Below, piece after piece: positions 12,100 through 27,040 of a stretch of 64,000 nt of DNA; position 1 is the stretch's first letter, and the number at the start of each line of letters is the position of its first letter. The notes under the pieces were generated by a model. The model ran no database searches. It was not told the DNA's origin and worked only from the letters and a program-made list of their open reading frames with translations. Made by a program: the position numbers and the translations under genes. This DNA is from Eledone cirrhosa (lineage: Eukaryota): assembly GCA_964016885.1 (NCBI GenBank), contig OZ024746.1, positions 30,318,001 through 30,382,000 of the forward strand, given 5' to 3'.

Positions 12100-13767
12100 T
12101 ACACCTCTATTTCCACCTATCCTATTAAATAAAGCTCTAATTATGGCCATGAACAATAGTTACCTGACTAGATCCCAAATTGATGTAATACTTGCGGCCC
12201 GAAAAACCATAATTACATTTGAAGAACAATTTGGGACCCGCAAGGATACGCATAACAACTTCGACATAACCATGGGATCTAGTGACTCGGCGCAGGTCAA
12301 CGATTTGGTGGGCCTATACCTACTTAATGAAATCCATAAGAACCTACCCTACCTCAACGGTGGTGTATACTGCGATGATGCGCTTCTTCTCATAGACTAT
12401 AAAAAATTTAATATAGAAAAAACTAGGAAATAGTTACACAAAATTTTCAAAAACTACAACTTAAGTATCACCTTAGATAAAACACTAAAAACGTCAACTT
12501 CCTTGACGCTACCCTTAGCCTAGACTCTAGAATATACACACCCTATCATAAACCTAAGGAAAAACTAATTTATGTGAACACCAACTCTAACCACCCTAAA
12601 TCCATATTAAACTCCATTACCAAAGGAATATCTAATAGATTCTCTAATCTATCATATAATGAGACTATATTTAACAATAATTCACAATACTATAATGAAA
12701 CCTTAGCTAAATCAGGACATAAGAATGAGATTGAATTCCTACCTATAAAATCACATAGTTACAACATTATTTCTCATAATAGGGCCATGCGGAAAAATAG
12801 TAAAAACACTAGCCACTATATCCCTAAGACGAAGATTAATACCAAACTTAACTCGCACCAAAGTAAACACCACAATAATAATTTAAACAGGGATATAAAT
12901 ACCTCAAAAAACAATACTATAAACAAAAATAGAAGGAGAACTAATACATTCTTCAATCCCCCTTTCAATCTAAACGTCTCTACCAACTTGCCTAAGGCTT
13001 TCTTCTCAATCTTAGAAAAAAACTTCCCGACCGGCCACAAGTACCATAGCCTTATCAATAAAAATACAATTAAAATATCGTACTCCACCACACCTAACAT
13101 AGCATACCATATAGCTAGTAGTAATAAAAGGAAGATTAATAACTATTTACAACTAATTAAAACACAACAGGAGGTAAACTTAGTATCTGTAAACAATAGT
13201 AGTAATAATAGTAATAATGATAATAGCACTAATGAAATCAATAACAATACGAATGATAGGCATCATTACCTTAGTGCTACCCCTAGCAACCAGAATTCTT
13301 CACAACATAAGAACCGGCAAGCTAACACCCAGAATAAATGTAACTGTAGAACTAATAGAACTTGCCCCTTAGGTAATCATTGCTTAACCAAAGACATCAT
13401 CTACTCATGCACCGTCAACGCAAACAACTCTTCTAAAACATATATAGGTTCTACTTCGAACAACTTCAAGACGAGATACAACTCGCACCTCCACTCTTTC
13501 AAAAAACACAATCTAGCTAGCACCACTTCTTTATCTAGCTACATACACTCTATGAAAACTAGGAATAGACCATTTACACTGTAATGGGAAGTAGTAGGTA
13601 GGGCCTCATCGTATAAACCACCGAATAAATTGTATAATATCTGCCTTCTGGAGACCCATACTATAATCTTTTCGAAACTAGACCTCCTTAATAGAAAGTC
13701 AGAGACATTTTCCTCGTGCCAACACCGGTACCGACACTCGTTCCATAACTTTAAACCTAGCTGTTAG
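12100..13767 (+). pseudogene. disrupted Penelope-like RT + GIY-YIG endonuclease polyprotein
   Basis: RT motifs FDITMGSSDSAQVNDLVG, GGVYCDDALL and VNFLDATL; linker FFNPPFN; CNCRTNRTCPLGNHC; IIYSCTV...TYIGSTSNNFKTRYNSH; C-terminal NICLLE..LLNRKSE..CQH. TAG at 12431, frameshift ~12480, TAA at 13582. Confidence 0.92.
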
Positions 13768-14455
13768 TATACAACAATGTCAGATTTGAATTCCCCACCA
13801 CCATTAACACTACACATCTAGGACTTAGCAGCACCCACAACCACAGACCCCTCGACCAACTCTTTCCGTTACACAACTCCTATTCATCTATAACCTTGTG
13901 CTCTGCAATAACAGTTAGAATTAGACATAGAGTTACCACCTTGTGATATAACTACAATAGATTAATTATATCTTATACAGTAATGGATATTTGGCACTTG
14001 GTATGTAGAAGCATTTAATGTAATGTGTGATGATAAACTATGTGTGCATTTATAATTGTATAATTAAATGCTTAAATTACACAACATAATAATAAATTAT
14101 ATATACACTTATAATTAAATATAAAATGTAATAGCATTCTATATTAAGGATTATATTATTACACATATAGCATATCTATTATGACATATTGTTATCGTAC
14201 TCTTCCTTTCTCAAAACTACTTCTTTAATATTTGGACTATTCCTTTGTTTTAACTCTTGCATGTATTCCACTCCGTGCTTTTGATTTTAATTTTAATTTT
14301 GATTTGAATTTGAACTTGAATACAATTTTCGTAAAATATATGTCACATCCATTCCACCCTGTAAATACGAAACTGTTGCTCACAACATCAATTTATAGTG
14401 TATCTATATTATTGTTCAGTTGAATAGGAGGTTAATTATATGTGCAAACATTGAT

Positions 14456-14507
14456 AATGCTCCGATGATTCCAAACGAGAGTTTGGAAGAAACGATTGTC
14501 AGCTATT
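14456..14507 (+). ncRNA. minimal type I hammerhead motif in the pLTR, CCGAUGA core variant
   Basis: AAUGCU-CCGAUGA-UUCCAAAC GAGA GUUUGGAA-GAAAC GAUU GUC-AGCUAUU; perfect 8-bp stem II with GAGA loop; GUC site. Confidence 0.72.
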
Positions 14508-14674
14508 AAATTATTTGAACACAACTTTGATAATTGTATAATTTATTTATTTAACTGCTCTGTAAAACAACTGATGTTCATACATTGAGCTATTTCTCTT
14601 ACTGGTAATAAGGTAATTAAGAAATTACTGACCTTCCTGTTTAGAGTTGTTTATATTATATACATAACTATAAA

Positions 14675-14707
<33 letters not shown>

Positions 14708-14714
14708 GTATATG

Positions 14715-14745
<31 letters not shown>

Positions 14746-14781
14746 GTATATGTGTATATATGTATATATATACACATATAC

Positions 14782-14842
<61 letters not shown>

Positions 14843-14939
14843 TATATACATATATACATATATATATATACATATATATATATACATATATACATATATA
14901 TACATATACATATATACATATATACATATATACATATAT

Positions 14940-15032
<93 letters not shown>

Positions 15033-15369
15033 CACAAACCCATATTTATATATATATCTATGTGTATATGTTTGAGTGTGTGTGTGCGTGTGAATGCGTA
15101 TATATATATAAATATGTATGCATGTATTTATGTATGTATGTATGTATCTATGTATGTATGTACGTATGTATGTACAATTCAAAACTCTATATATAGGTAT
15201 ATAAAACAAAGTGTAGAATGTAGAATGTGATTGCCAAATTGTCTATTGATCCTATACGGGTATTTTCGTCTTGAAATATTGTTCTATAATAAATATTACA
15301 AAAGTCAATCTTGTAAATCTCTGACTGCAGAATGATTTTGACACAGTATCCATAAACACTGCCAACTAG

Positions 15370-15470
<101 letters not shown>

Positions 15471-15510
15471 ATATCTATCTATCTATCTCTCTCTATATAT
15501 ATATATATAA

Positions 15511-15950
15511 TTGGAGGCTTAGTAAAATCGAAACTTTGGCGGTGTGCAAGCAAATTCGACCTACGATATGAATGAGTTAGCAAAGCACTCGATAAGGTAG
15601 GTCCTACGTTTAAATAGCTTGACAAATTGAACATTGTGGTAGGCAAAATCTAACACACAATACCAAAGTAACGAAAGAACTATCAGGTTGAAAAAATACA
15701 CCTGGACAAATCAAACGATATACGTTTAAAGTGTTTCTATGAATCCGAAATCAAATATCAGAGTTACGTAACTGGAAAGCTCGTAGTATTCATGATCGAA
15801 CAAAGGACTCATTTCATCAACAGGAATTTCGTTCTATCAAAGATCGGGGCGAAACACTGAATGGTGCCGCTAACAGCCACGATTCGAACATTTAGTTGTC
15901 ACGTGTTATTTCCAACAAGGGAAATAACCCCCGGTTTTTTTGGAGGGTCA
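15511..15950 (+). repeat. unclassified interspersed repeat between TA tracts (second copy inverted at 25930-26326); strand arbitrary
   Basis: Shared blocks, e.g. gagttagcaaagcactcgataaggtagg, tacgtttaaatagcttgacaaat, tacacctggacaaat, gaatccgaaatcaaatatcaga. Confidence 0.75.
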
Positions 15951-16042
15951 TTATATATATATACCAGATGGACCATAACGCACCAGAGTACTCAATACTT
16001 AGGGTAGTAGAGTGGGTAATAGGAAAAAGTATGCCCCCGTTT

Positions 16043-16098
<56 letters not shown>

Positions 16099-16120
16099 TA
16101 TATACACAGATATATATCCT

Positions 16121-16160
<40 letters not shown>

Positions 16161-16248
16161 TGTATGTATATATATATATACATGTATGTGTGTGTGTGTG
16201 TGTATAGGTATATACATATATATACATATATATACATATATACATATA

Positions 16249-16316
<68 letters not shown>

Positions 16317-16652
16317 GTAAGCATGATATACACGTTTTCTGTGAGTCTCCAATTAAATCCGAAAATCGATTAAAGATGTTTATCACTTTTTTCAGTTTGT
16401 AGGGAAATTCGTAATTTCTGGCATGTTTACATGCCTATATATTAGATATGTATATATATTTATATACGTTGGAGCAGTATCCGTAGTGTAGTCAGGTTAT
16501 GATGGCTGTGACTGTGTGTCTATATGTATGAGTTTGTGTCTCTGGGTGTGTATGGATATGTCTGTTTGTCTGTGTAAGAGCGGAATTTGAAAGAGATTTA
16601 GTTGTGAACGTTATCAGGTTGATTTCTATATTTAAGCTTCCTAGCTGATAAT

Positions 16653-16808
<156 letters not shown>

Positions 16809-16856
16809 ATGTGTGCGTGTGTGTGCGTGTGTGTGTGTGTGCGTGTGTGTGTGCGC

Positions 16857-16892
<36 letters not shown>

Positions 16893-17299
16893 GTCGGCGC
16901 TTATGTCACGTAACACCATCGGTTCAACAAAAGATGATTGCTAAAATAAGTAGTTGATATGAACGTCTAATCGCTTCAAGGTGGTGCTCCAGCATGACCA
17001 CCTTCTAATGACTATATCCAACAAGAGAGAAAGGGTATAAAAGAAATGAAAATGTAAAATTAATCAGATTTCATTCTCACTAAAGAGCTGTTGTTGAGTT
17101 ACGAGAAGACCCTTAACCAAATTGAATCCTACACTTGATTAGAACGACAAATGTAATAATAAAAAAATGAGCTTTTAACACCTAATGCAAGAGTCGTAGG
17201 GGCACCGTTCTGACATTCAACGTGTCTTAGGCATTTAATACTTATTGGAGCTCATCCTTCATTAAATCAGTCCCAACCACCTTCGTACAGAGAAGAGAG

Positions 17300-17465
17300 G
17301 GGGGAGCACCGACCCTAGTATCGTACTGGTACTGTATTTATCGATGTTGAAATGATGAAATACAAAATTGACCGTGGTAGGATTTGAACTCAGAGCATTG
17401 TAGACCCCAACAAATACCGAATACTTTTCATACGACGACCTATCAACTCTGCCAATTCGCCTCCT
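17300..17465 (-). mobile_element. diverged tRNA-derived SINE, same family as 9403-9940
   Basis: Reverse-strand B box (ggatttgaactcaga), tactggtactgtatttatcga core, ctgccaattcgc head. Confidence 0.65.
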
Positions 17466-17870
17466 TCTATGTAGTAAACCGGTTAGATATTCCAACCTAG
17501 ATCGATAATCTAAAGAATAGATATGACTATACGAGCCATAAAAATATTATTAGAAGCCTTTCTTTATTTCTTTTACATGGAAAAGTTTAGTGTTTTGTGA
17601 TAAAACCCAAAGTGCGGTAATTTATTTGATTTTCAGGCAAAACAAATATATCCTTGCTTTATCATTTCATTTTTATTTTATTATTGATTTTAGTTTATTT
17701 CATACTATATTTGCTTCTTTCAACTGGTGTATGTTTAATATATTTCTATTCATCATATCCAGATATGTCTGTATATCTGTAAGAAGCATTATAGCTCTAA
17801 CCTACCACGTATTCAAGGTCTTAGCAATGTTTACTTGAAAGCAGTTTTTTTTTTTTGGGGGGGGGGGGGC

Positions 17871-18710
17871 AATAACAAGTACAACAACAATAACAACAAC
17901 AATAACAATAATAGTTACAACAGCAGCAATGACAAGAACAACGGCAACAACATCGGCGACAACAACAACAACAACCACGCCATCAGCAATAACAAAGACG
18001 ATGAAAAGAACATCAACGACTACAACAACAACAACGTCGACGATGATAACAACAAAAACAACCACACCGCCATCACATACCCCGCACGACAACAACATGA
18101 CCACCAATCACACCAACAGCAACCACAACTATAACTCCACCAACAGCCCGACACTACCACCTGCAACCACACACCACCACCAACACCACCAACAACAACA
18201 ACAACCACACAAGCACCAATCACACCACCAACAATCCCACACCACAACCATTCCACCACCAGCAACAAAAACCACACCATCGACACCACCAACACCTCTT
18301 ACAACCACAACATCACCAACAACCACAACACCACCAATCACATTAACAACCACAACCACGCCACCAATATCACTACCAACAGCAACAACTATACAACAAC
18401 CAACCCCACACCACCACCATAGCACCAACAACAACAACCACGCTACCACCACAGCAACAACACAACCACAACAACCACACCACAACCAAAACACCAACAT
18501 CATACCACTATCATACCATCAATACTACAACAAGCACACGACCAACAACAACTACAACCACTACACCAACACCACAACACCAACAACAACTACAACCACT
18601 ACACCAACACCACAACACCAACAACAACTACAACCACTACACCAACACCACAACACCAACAACAACTACAACCACTACACCAATACCACAACACCAACAA
18701 CAACTACATA
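17871..18710. repeat. low-complexity (AAC)/(ACC) tract ending in a 38-bp minisatellite (18541-18708)
   Basis: Degenerate trinucleotide repeat; unit accaacaacaactacaaccactacaccaacaccacaac about 4.5 times. Confidence 0.85.
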
Positions 18711-19002
18711 AAGAGAATTTCGCCAAACATTTAACTGTTTATCAGATTTGACATATTTTCTTCGCTTTGTTGACGCCAATAAAATTTCCGACAATATAGA
18801 TTTCTTTGCATAACAGAAAAAAAAACAAAGTGAATTCTGTTAAATATAGCAGGACAACAACAACAACGACAGAAACGATAGGAGCTGTAATAATGTTCAT
18901 GGTTAGCGTTTGTTGGCACAGAATCGTTTACTAAAGACAACAATAATGTTTTCTAACTTTAGCATGATGTTATATTAAGGTGAAAAGAAATGAAATGAAA
19001 TA

Positions 19003-19320
19003 TACAGCTCACATCTATGTAGGTGAAGCTGGTTTCTTTTTTGCTTTAATGATAGAGGCCCCAGTCCTGTCATATTACAGCTCACACCTATGTAGGTTTA
19101 GCTGGGTTCTTTTGTGTTTTAATGATAGAGGCCTTAATCCCATCGTATGAAAGCCCACATCTGTGTAGGTTTTGCTGGCCTCGTACGAGGTTGCCCTTCA
19201 CAGGCGGATTCTTCTTGTCTTTTAATGATAGACGATCCCAGTCCTATCATATTGTTGTTGTTACAGTTCACACATATTTGGGTGTAGTTGGTCTCCTACG
19301 AGGTTGTAATTCATGAAAGG
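19003..19320. repeat. degenerate minisatellite, ~4 units of about 73 bp or longer
   Basis: Recurrent tacagctcaca-n-tatgtagg...ttttaatgatagag-n-ccagtcc. Confidence 0.65.
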
Positions 19321-19332
19321 TTTATTTGTGCT

Positions 19333-19621
19333 GGCTTCCTTGAGAGGAGCAGAGTCTCAGTTTTCGCAGCACTGATTTCTATTCCAGTCATGCAGTACTC
19401 AGCATCAAACCAATCAAGTGCAAGACGGAGATCTTGCACTTTCTGTCGAGTTAAGTAACACCATGTCGTCTGCAAATTCTAGCTAACTGATTTTACACCC
19501 GCCAGTCGTGATAGTCCTTCCAACGCGGCTGTGTGTGTCAATCCTATTCATGAAAATAATGGACAGGAGAGTTGAGAGCACGCTCCCTTGGCGGAGTCCG
19601 AGTCCCACATTGAATGGTTGA
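19333..19621 (-). mobile_element. RTE-clade LINE reverse transcriptase fragment
   Basis: Minus translation QPFNVGLGLRQGSVLSTLLSIIFMNRID...KIS*LEFADDMVLLNSTE; same family as 61520-62297. Confidence 0.85.
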
Positions 19622-19656
19622 TTACTTTAGACATACAGTTTTCTACATACTCGCCC

Positions 19657-21629
<1,973 letters not shown>

Positions 21630-21632
<3 letters not shown>

Positions 21633-22445
21633 CAAGGAGAGGTTAAGACAAATATTGCTCAAGTTATGCTGGAAACAGATAAAAGTGAAAAAAAATCAAC
21701 TGAAGAGGTACATTCTGCACCTCGTCTTTTGTAACTCATGGTACAAAAACTTTCTTCACGAGATTTTCTATCAGCACCGATTTCCTCAACAAAGAACCTT
21801 CAACATGGCAGGATGATCCTTGTTACAAAAGTTGACATGAAAAACTTGAGATGACAGTTGTTGTGAATGACATTGCAGAAAGAGGTGTGAAACTCATTCA
21901 GGATTACAATAACATCCTCACAAAAGATGAAACTGAGAAACAATTTGGTTTACAGATCGTTACCGAAAACCGTAAAACACACCCAACTGCCACTAAATCC
22001 TCTCTTATGCAAAAATAATGTTCAATATTCAATGTACAGTGTTAACATTGTTTTTGATTCTAAATAAAAATGCGTTTCTCTTATAGAAGTTGTGTGCTTT
22101 ATTAAGAAAACCTAATATTTCTTAAGTTTTTCATGTTATTTCAGGAATTTTTCAAATTAACTATTAGTAAATTTGATTCAAAACTTTTTTAAACATTTGC
22201 TGGGGTTGCATGGATGTGTCTACCTAAATTTCTCTAAGAAGAAAAAAGAAAATGGTCGAGATAGGGAACAGTATACAGCTATTGAACAGAATTAATCGTT
22301 GCGTATATAATGTTCCAACTTCAAGGTGTTTGAGGGTCGCCTAAACAGTTGTCCGGTTGAGCTGAAATATTGCACACCCCGTTTTCTTGTTGATTGAAAC
22401 AGGATTAACTTTCGGAAAGTTACCTATTGTTAAGGGCCACCCTAA
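21630..22445 (+). mobile_element. 3' part of a hAT-superfamily (hATm-like) DNA transposon with terminal repeat
   Basis: Translation FFTRFSISTDFLNKEPSTWQDDPCYKS*HEKLEMTVVVNDIAERGVKLIQDYNNILTKDETEKQFGLQIVTENRK; ends in gggccaccctaa (reverse complement TTAGGGTGGCCC). Confidence 0.72.
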
Positions 22446-22504
22446 TATATATATATATATGTATATGAAATATAAGAATCAAAGAACTGTTCAAAACATT
22501 TTTG

Positions 22505-22551
22505 TGCTTACAACTGTTTCCTCCAAACCGAGGTTTGGATTCTTCGGAGCA
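22505..22551 (-). ncRNA. minimal type I hammerhead motif, CCGAAGA core variant
   Basis: Minus strand UGCU-CCGAAGA-A UCCAAACC UC GGUUUGGA G-GAAAC AGUU GUA-AGCA, in a ~130-bp unit between TA tracts. Confidence 0.68.
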
Positions 22552-22600
22552 ATTTATTAATGGATGGACAGCATAACCATAAATAGTATAATTAATACTA

Positions 22601-22655
<55 letters not shown>

Positions 22656-22657
<2 letters not shown>

Positions 22658-22909
22658 CGTTTCTGAATTTGTTTAGCAAGATTCTTTATCTGAAATCGTG
22701 TGTTGAAACCGATATTGTTATACTTTGGGAGGGTCATGTTGCCAATGCTATGACTATATATAAACAACTATCTGGTTGTGGAACCAACCAACCAGAAATT
22801 TATAAGTTTGTAGATTTGTAAATTTATAAATTTATAAATATATAATAAATTGAAGTGAAAGCAACTGGTGCGTGTGTTTCTTATTGGCAACTTGACCCTC
22901 CCAAAGTAT

Positions 22910-22915
<6 letters not shown>
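22656..22915 (+). mobile_element. non-autonomous 3'-end fragment of the 47.8-49.8 kb Penelope-like family, with an inverted terminal copy
   Basis: 22750-22915 matches 49660-49813 (tctggttgtggaaccaacc...ttattggcaac-n-tgaccctcccaaa); 22712-22746 is its reverse complement. Confidence 0.85.
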
Positions 22916-22955
<40 letters not shown>

Positions 22956-23513
22956 GAATAATCGAGTATCGAAAAATCGGCGCACGAGTTCACGATAAAC
23001 AAAATTCGATATGAGCGGCAGAGGGCTCAATAATTCAGATAAATCAGAGCTATAACTATCGTTAAAATACCGTCACACATAGAACAAGTCTATAATCAAC
23101 CGTACGACCGAAAGATTGCGATCTGGAAGATTCGGGACATTCAGAAAAAAATATCAAAAAATCAATAAATCAAATGAATGTAAAAAGCATACCCGGACCC
23201 GCTAGAAAGATGGTAAATCTAGCTTCTTGGGTTTCTGTAAATCCTTAAACTGCCCTCTATCAGCTCACATAAATATATATGAGACTTCTAGAAGCCAGCG
23301 GACGGGAAAATTTACTTCCTCAACGAGCCTTTGTCCGAACGAATGAAAAGGCATAACCCAGGCTGAAGGAACGCACATGTAATTCAGCAAGGGAGATAAC
23401 CTCTACATCCGCAAAAAATATTCGATTTCATCTTTTTTTCTTAATACTTTTTTTCTTTATACAGAGCGAGCACTGATACTATAATATATATATATATATT
23501 AATATATATATAT

Positions 23514-23585
<72 letters not shown>

Positions 23586-23642
23586 AAAGTTTTATTTAAA
23601 ATTGTTGGGATACAACAAGTAAATATTTTATTAATATTTATT

Positions 23643-23729
23643 TGGTGGTTGTGGTGGTTGGGGTTGTGGTGGTTGTAGTGGTGGTGGTGCTGGTGGTAGT
23701 GGTGGTGGTGCTGGTTGGGGTGGTTGGGG

Positions 23730-23760
<31 letters not shown>

Positions 23761-24590
23761 GGTGGTGGTAGTTGTGGTGGTTGGGGTGGTGGTGGTGGTG
23801 GTGGTTGTGGTGGTGGTGGTTGTGGTGGTTGTAGTGGTGGTGGTACTGGTGGTAGTGGTGGTGGTGGTGGTGGTGGTTGGGGTGGTGGTGGTTGTGGTGG
23901 TGATGGTTGTGGTGGTGGTGGTGGTGGTGGTGGTGGTTGTGGTGGTGGTGGTGGTGGTGGTGGTTGTGGTGGTGGTGGTGGTGGTAGGTTGTGGTGGTTG
24001 TGGTGGTGGTGGTAGTGGTGATGGTGGTGGTGGTGGTGGTAATGGTGGTTGTGGTGGTGGTTGTGGTGATGGTGGTGGTTGTGGTGGTTGGGGTGGTGGC
24101 GGTGGTTGTGGTGGTTGTGGTGGTGGTGGTGGTGGCGTTTGGGGTGGTTGGGGTAGTGGTAGTGGTGGCGGTGTGGTGGTGGTGGTGGTTGTGGTGGTTG
24201 TGGTGGTGGTGGTGGTGGTGGTGGCTGTGGTGGTGGTTGTGGTGGTTGTGGTGGTGGTGGTTTAGGTGGTTGTGGTGGTTGTGGTGGTGGTGGTGGTTGG
24301 GGTGGTTGGGGTGGTGGTAGTGGTGGTGGTGTGGTGGTTGTGGTGGTGGTTGTGGTGGTTTGGTGGTGGTGGTGGTGGTGGTGGTTGTGGTGTTTGTGGT
24401 GGTTATGGTGGTGGTGGTTGTGGTGGTTGTGGTGGTGGTTGTGGTGGTGGTTGTTGTGGTGGTGGTGGTTGTGGTGGTTGTGGTGTTTGTGGTGGTTATG
24501 GTGGTGGTGGTTGTGGTGGTTGTGGTGGTGGTGGTGGTTGTGGTGGTGGTTGTTGTTGTGGTGGTGGTGGTGGTGGTTTGTGGTGATGAT
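23643..24590. repeat. degenerate (GGT)n tract
   Basis: ~950 bp of ggt/gtt triplets. Confidence 0.95.
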
Positions 24591-24857
24591 AATGAAGATT
24601 GCATAATCTTACTAATGATATTCTTGATGATGATGATGATATTGAATTTGTTATCATTATCATCATTATCATCATCATGTTTGTTGTTGTTGTTGTTATG
24701 ATGATAGATTAATTTAGGATACAGAGATGTATTTAGAAAAAACTTACGTAATCGATGTTATTTTGCAACAATACGAATTATCTCGGATATGATTCCATAT
24801 ATCAGCGTTTATTTTTCCATTTAATATTGATTTCTTGCGCTTTCGAATCGAAATAAT

Positions 24858-25161
24858 ATCATCACCATCAACATCATCATCATCATCATCATCACCATCA
24901 TCATCATCACCATCACCATCATGAATCATCATCATCACCACCATCACCATCATCATCACCATCATCATCACCATCACCATCATCATCATCATCACCATCA
25001 TCACCATCATCATCACCATCATCATCATCATCATCATCACCATCATTATCATCATCATCACCATCATCACCATCATCATCGCCATCATCATCATCATCAT
25101 CACCATCATCATCACCATCATCATCAGCGCCATTATCATCATCATGGTCATCATCACCATC
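24858..25161. repeat. (CAT)/(CAC)n microsatellite
   Basis: Direct reading. Confidence 0.95.
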
Positions 25162-25929
25162 CTAACTAATATTGAGTAGCCCTCAGAACCCCCTCCTCCA
25201 CCTCTATTGTGGAATTTCTCTTTGTTTTCATTTTATTGTTACCCCTAATGTATATGTGTTTGTTATTTCCCTTTTTACACGTTTCTTGTAAACCCACACA
25301 CTCTATTGTCCTGTACCGTCCATCATCCTTATGTAAGGTTCATAAATAAATAGTTGTTATTACATATTGTTATTATTACTATATTATTATTAGTATCATT
25401 ATCATTATCATCATTGCTAATATTCTTCTCCTCCTCCCCCTCCTCTTTCTTTTTTGTATTGGGTCATCAAGTATGGAATTTGTAGAAATTTGTAGAAAAA
25501 AAACAAATTTCTACAAATTTCATACTTGACGCCCCAATATTATTATTGATATTATTATTGCTTATTTCCTATTATCATCTACATGGTTTTGCTATTCCTA
25601 TTGTACAAAAGTTAATATAATTCATTGAATTGAATATTGAAAATATAAAGAGAAACATATATTAAAATAAGTCAAAGAAAAACTCAGTAGAAATATTTAT
25701 TAGAAGTTATGTCAAGAGTTTCTACATGTTTGTATCATTACAATGCTAAACGAAGCAAAATTATTTATATTAGAAGAATAAGAAGAAAAAAAGAAAGGCA
25801 TGTTCTTTGCACTGATTTATTTTATTTCTAGAAATATTATTTTGAAAAGTTTGTATTTACACTGTGCCTTCTCGTGGGGTTTTCATGGCTCAGCGTTTAC
25901 TGATAAATTTAATAATTATAGATACGATT

Positions 25930-26323
25930 AGCAGCTTGTAGCAGCAACATATAATTTATCACTCCGATCCTAGGAAGAGCGATAAAACCTGTTGATAAAC
26001 TGAATCCTACGTTCGATCACCAATACCATGAGCTTGCCTTTCAAGTAAGTCTGATATTTGATTTCGGATTCAAAGAAACACTTTAAACGATTGTCCGTTT
26101 AATTTGTCCAGGTGTACTTTTCTCAACCTGATTAGTTCTATCGTTACTTTGGTACATATTGTGTGTTAGTTTAGCCTACCACAATGTTCGATTTGTCAAG
26201 CTATTTAAACGTATGTTATTACTCTAAGGCCCTACCTTATCGAGTGCTTTGCTAACTCATCACTTCATATAAGTAGGCCGAATTTACTTGCAAACCGCCA
26301 GAGATTCGATTTTATTGATTTCC

Positions 26324-26326
<3 letters not shown>
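25930..26326 (-). repeat. second, inverted copy of the 15511-15950 repeat
   Basis: Reverse-complement blocks of 15511-15880. Confidence 0.75.
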
Positions 26327-26360
<34 letters not shown>

Positions 26361-26379
26361 GTATATTATGTATATATAT

Positions 26380-26571
26380 AACAAAGGAATAGGGGTAAGG
26401 AACCAGATGGACCATAACGCACCAGAGTACTCAATACTTAGGGTATTAGAGTGGGGAATAGGAAAAAGTATGACCCCGACGGCAGAGCTCAAGCCGTTTC
26501 GACGGCTATTTCTGGACTCCAGAAATATCCGTCGAAACGGCTTGAGCTCTGCCGTCGGGGTCATACTTTTT

Positions 26572-26576
<5 letters not shown>
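26380..26576. mobile_element. short TA-flanked element ending in a 59-bp-arm palindrome; truncated relative at 15963-16045
   Basis: accagatggaccataacgcaccagagtactcaatacttagggta occurs at both sites; 26458-26576 is self-complementary with one mismatch. Confidence 0.75.
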
Positions 26577-26611
<35 letters not shown>

Positions 26612-26986
26612 AATAACAGTAAGAAGGATGCTGTGATTACATAAAGCGTTTATTCATGATAATTATTTCCATGGCGACCCTTAACCAATCCAAAATCCAG
26701 CATTTGCATTTGTTACTGGTATGGGAGCAATTTCCTCAGATGAATCCGCATTCGTGTGATATGCTGCAGGCAAAAAACATGTTCTTGTTGCGTATTTTTT
26801 ATACAAATATCATTACCCACACGTACTTCATCTTACTGTTTAAGGAATGTGTGTACTCTGAGCTAGAGGTTTGTATTTCTAACGCACAAATCTTGTAATA
26901 TTATTGAGTAAGTGATGGCCTGAGTTTTAGAGTTTTACCAATTCTCTTCGACTATATATATATATATATAAACACCAGGATTTTTA

Positions 26987-27040
26987 CATTCTGACGACTG
27001 AAAGCAGATCTATTTGCTTTCAAGAAACCACTGGTAAATG
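26987..27040 (+). ncRNA. minimal type I hammerhead motif
   Basis: CAUU-CUGACGA-C UGAAAGCAGA UCUA UUUGCUUUCA A-GAAACC ACU GGUA-AAUG. Confidence 0.72.

Larger units (their letters stand above)
10736..14675 (+). mobile_element. Penelope-like retroelement (probably Naiad-type), 5'-truncated, with an inverted copy of the 3' pLTR at its 5' end
   Basis: 10736-~11085 and ~11697-12070 are reverse complements of ~14190-14552 and ~13815-14186; these arms enclose an RT/GIY-YIG reading frame; hammerhead motif in both arms; flanked by TA/ATT microsatellites. Confidence 0.92.

Noticed and set aside
12431-13584. Selenocysteine read-through as reported for some Naiad elements
   Set aside because: The in-frame stops are TAG and TAA, not TGA, and there is also a frameshift; ordinary decay.
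17835-18711. Mucin-like Thr/His-rich ORF
   Set aside because: Degenerate trinucleotide tract open in several frames on both strands; no gene context.
23441-25169. Poly-Thr/His/Val/Gly/Met ORFs
   Set aside because: (GGT)n and (CAT)n simple repeats.
26665-26690. RFX X-box-like motif plus CCAAT as a promoter
   Set aside because: Imperfect short motifs with no linked gene; expected by chance.
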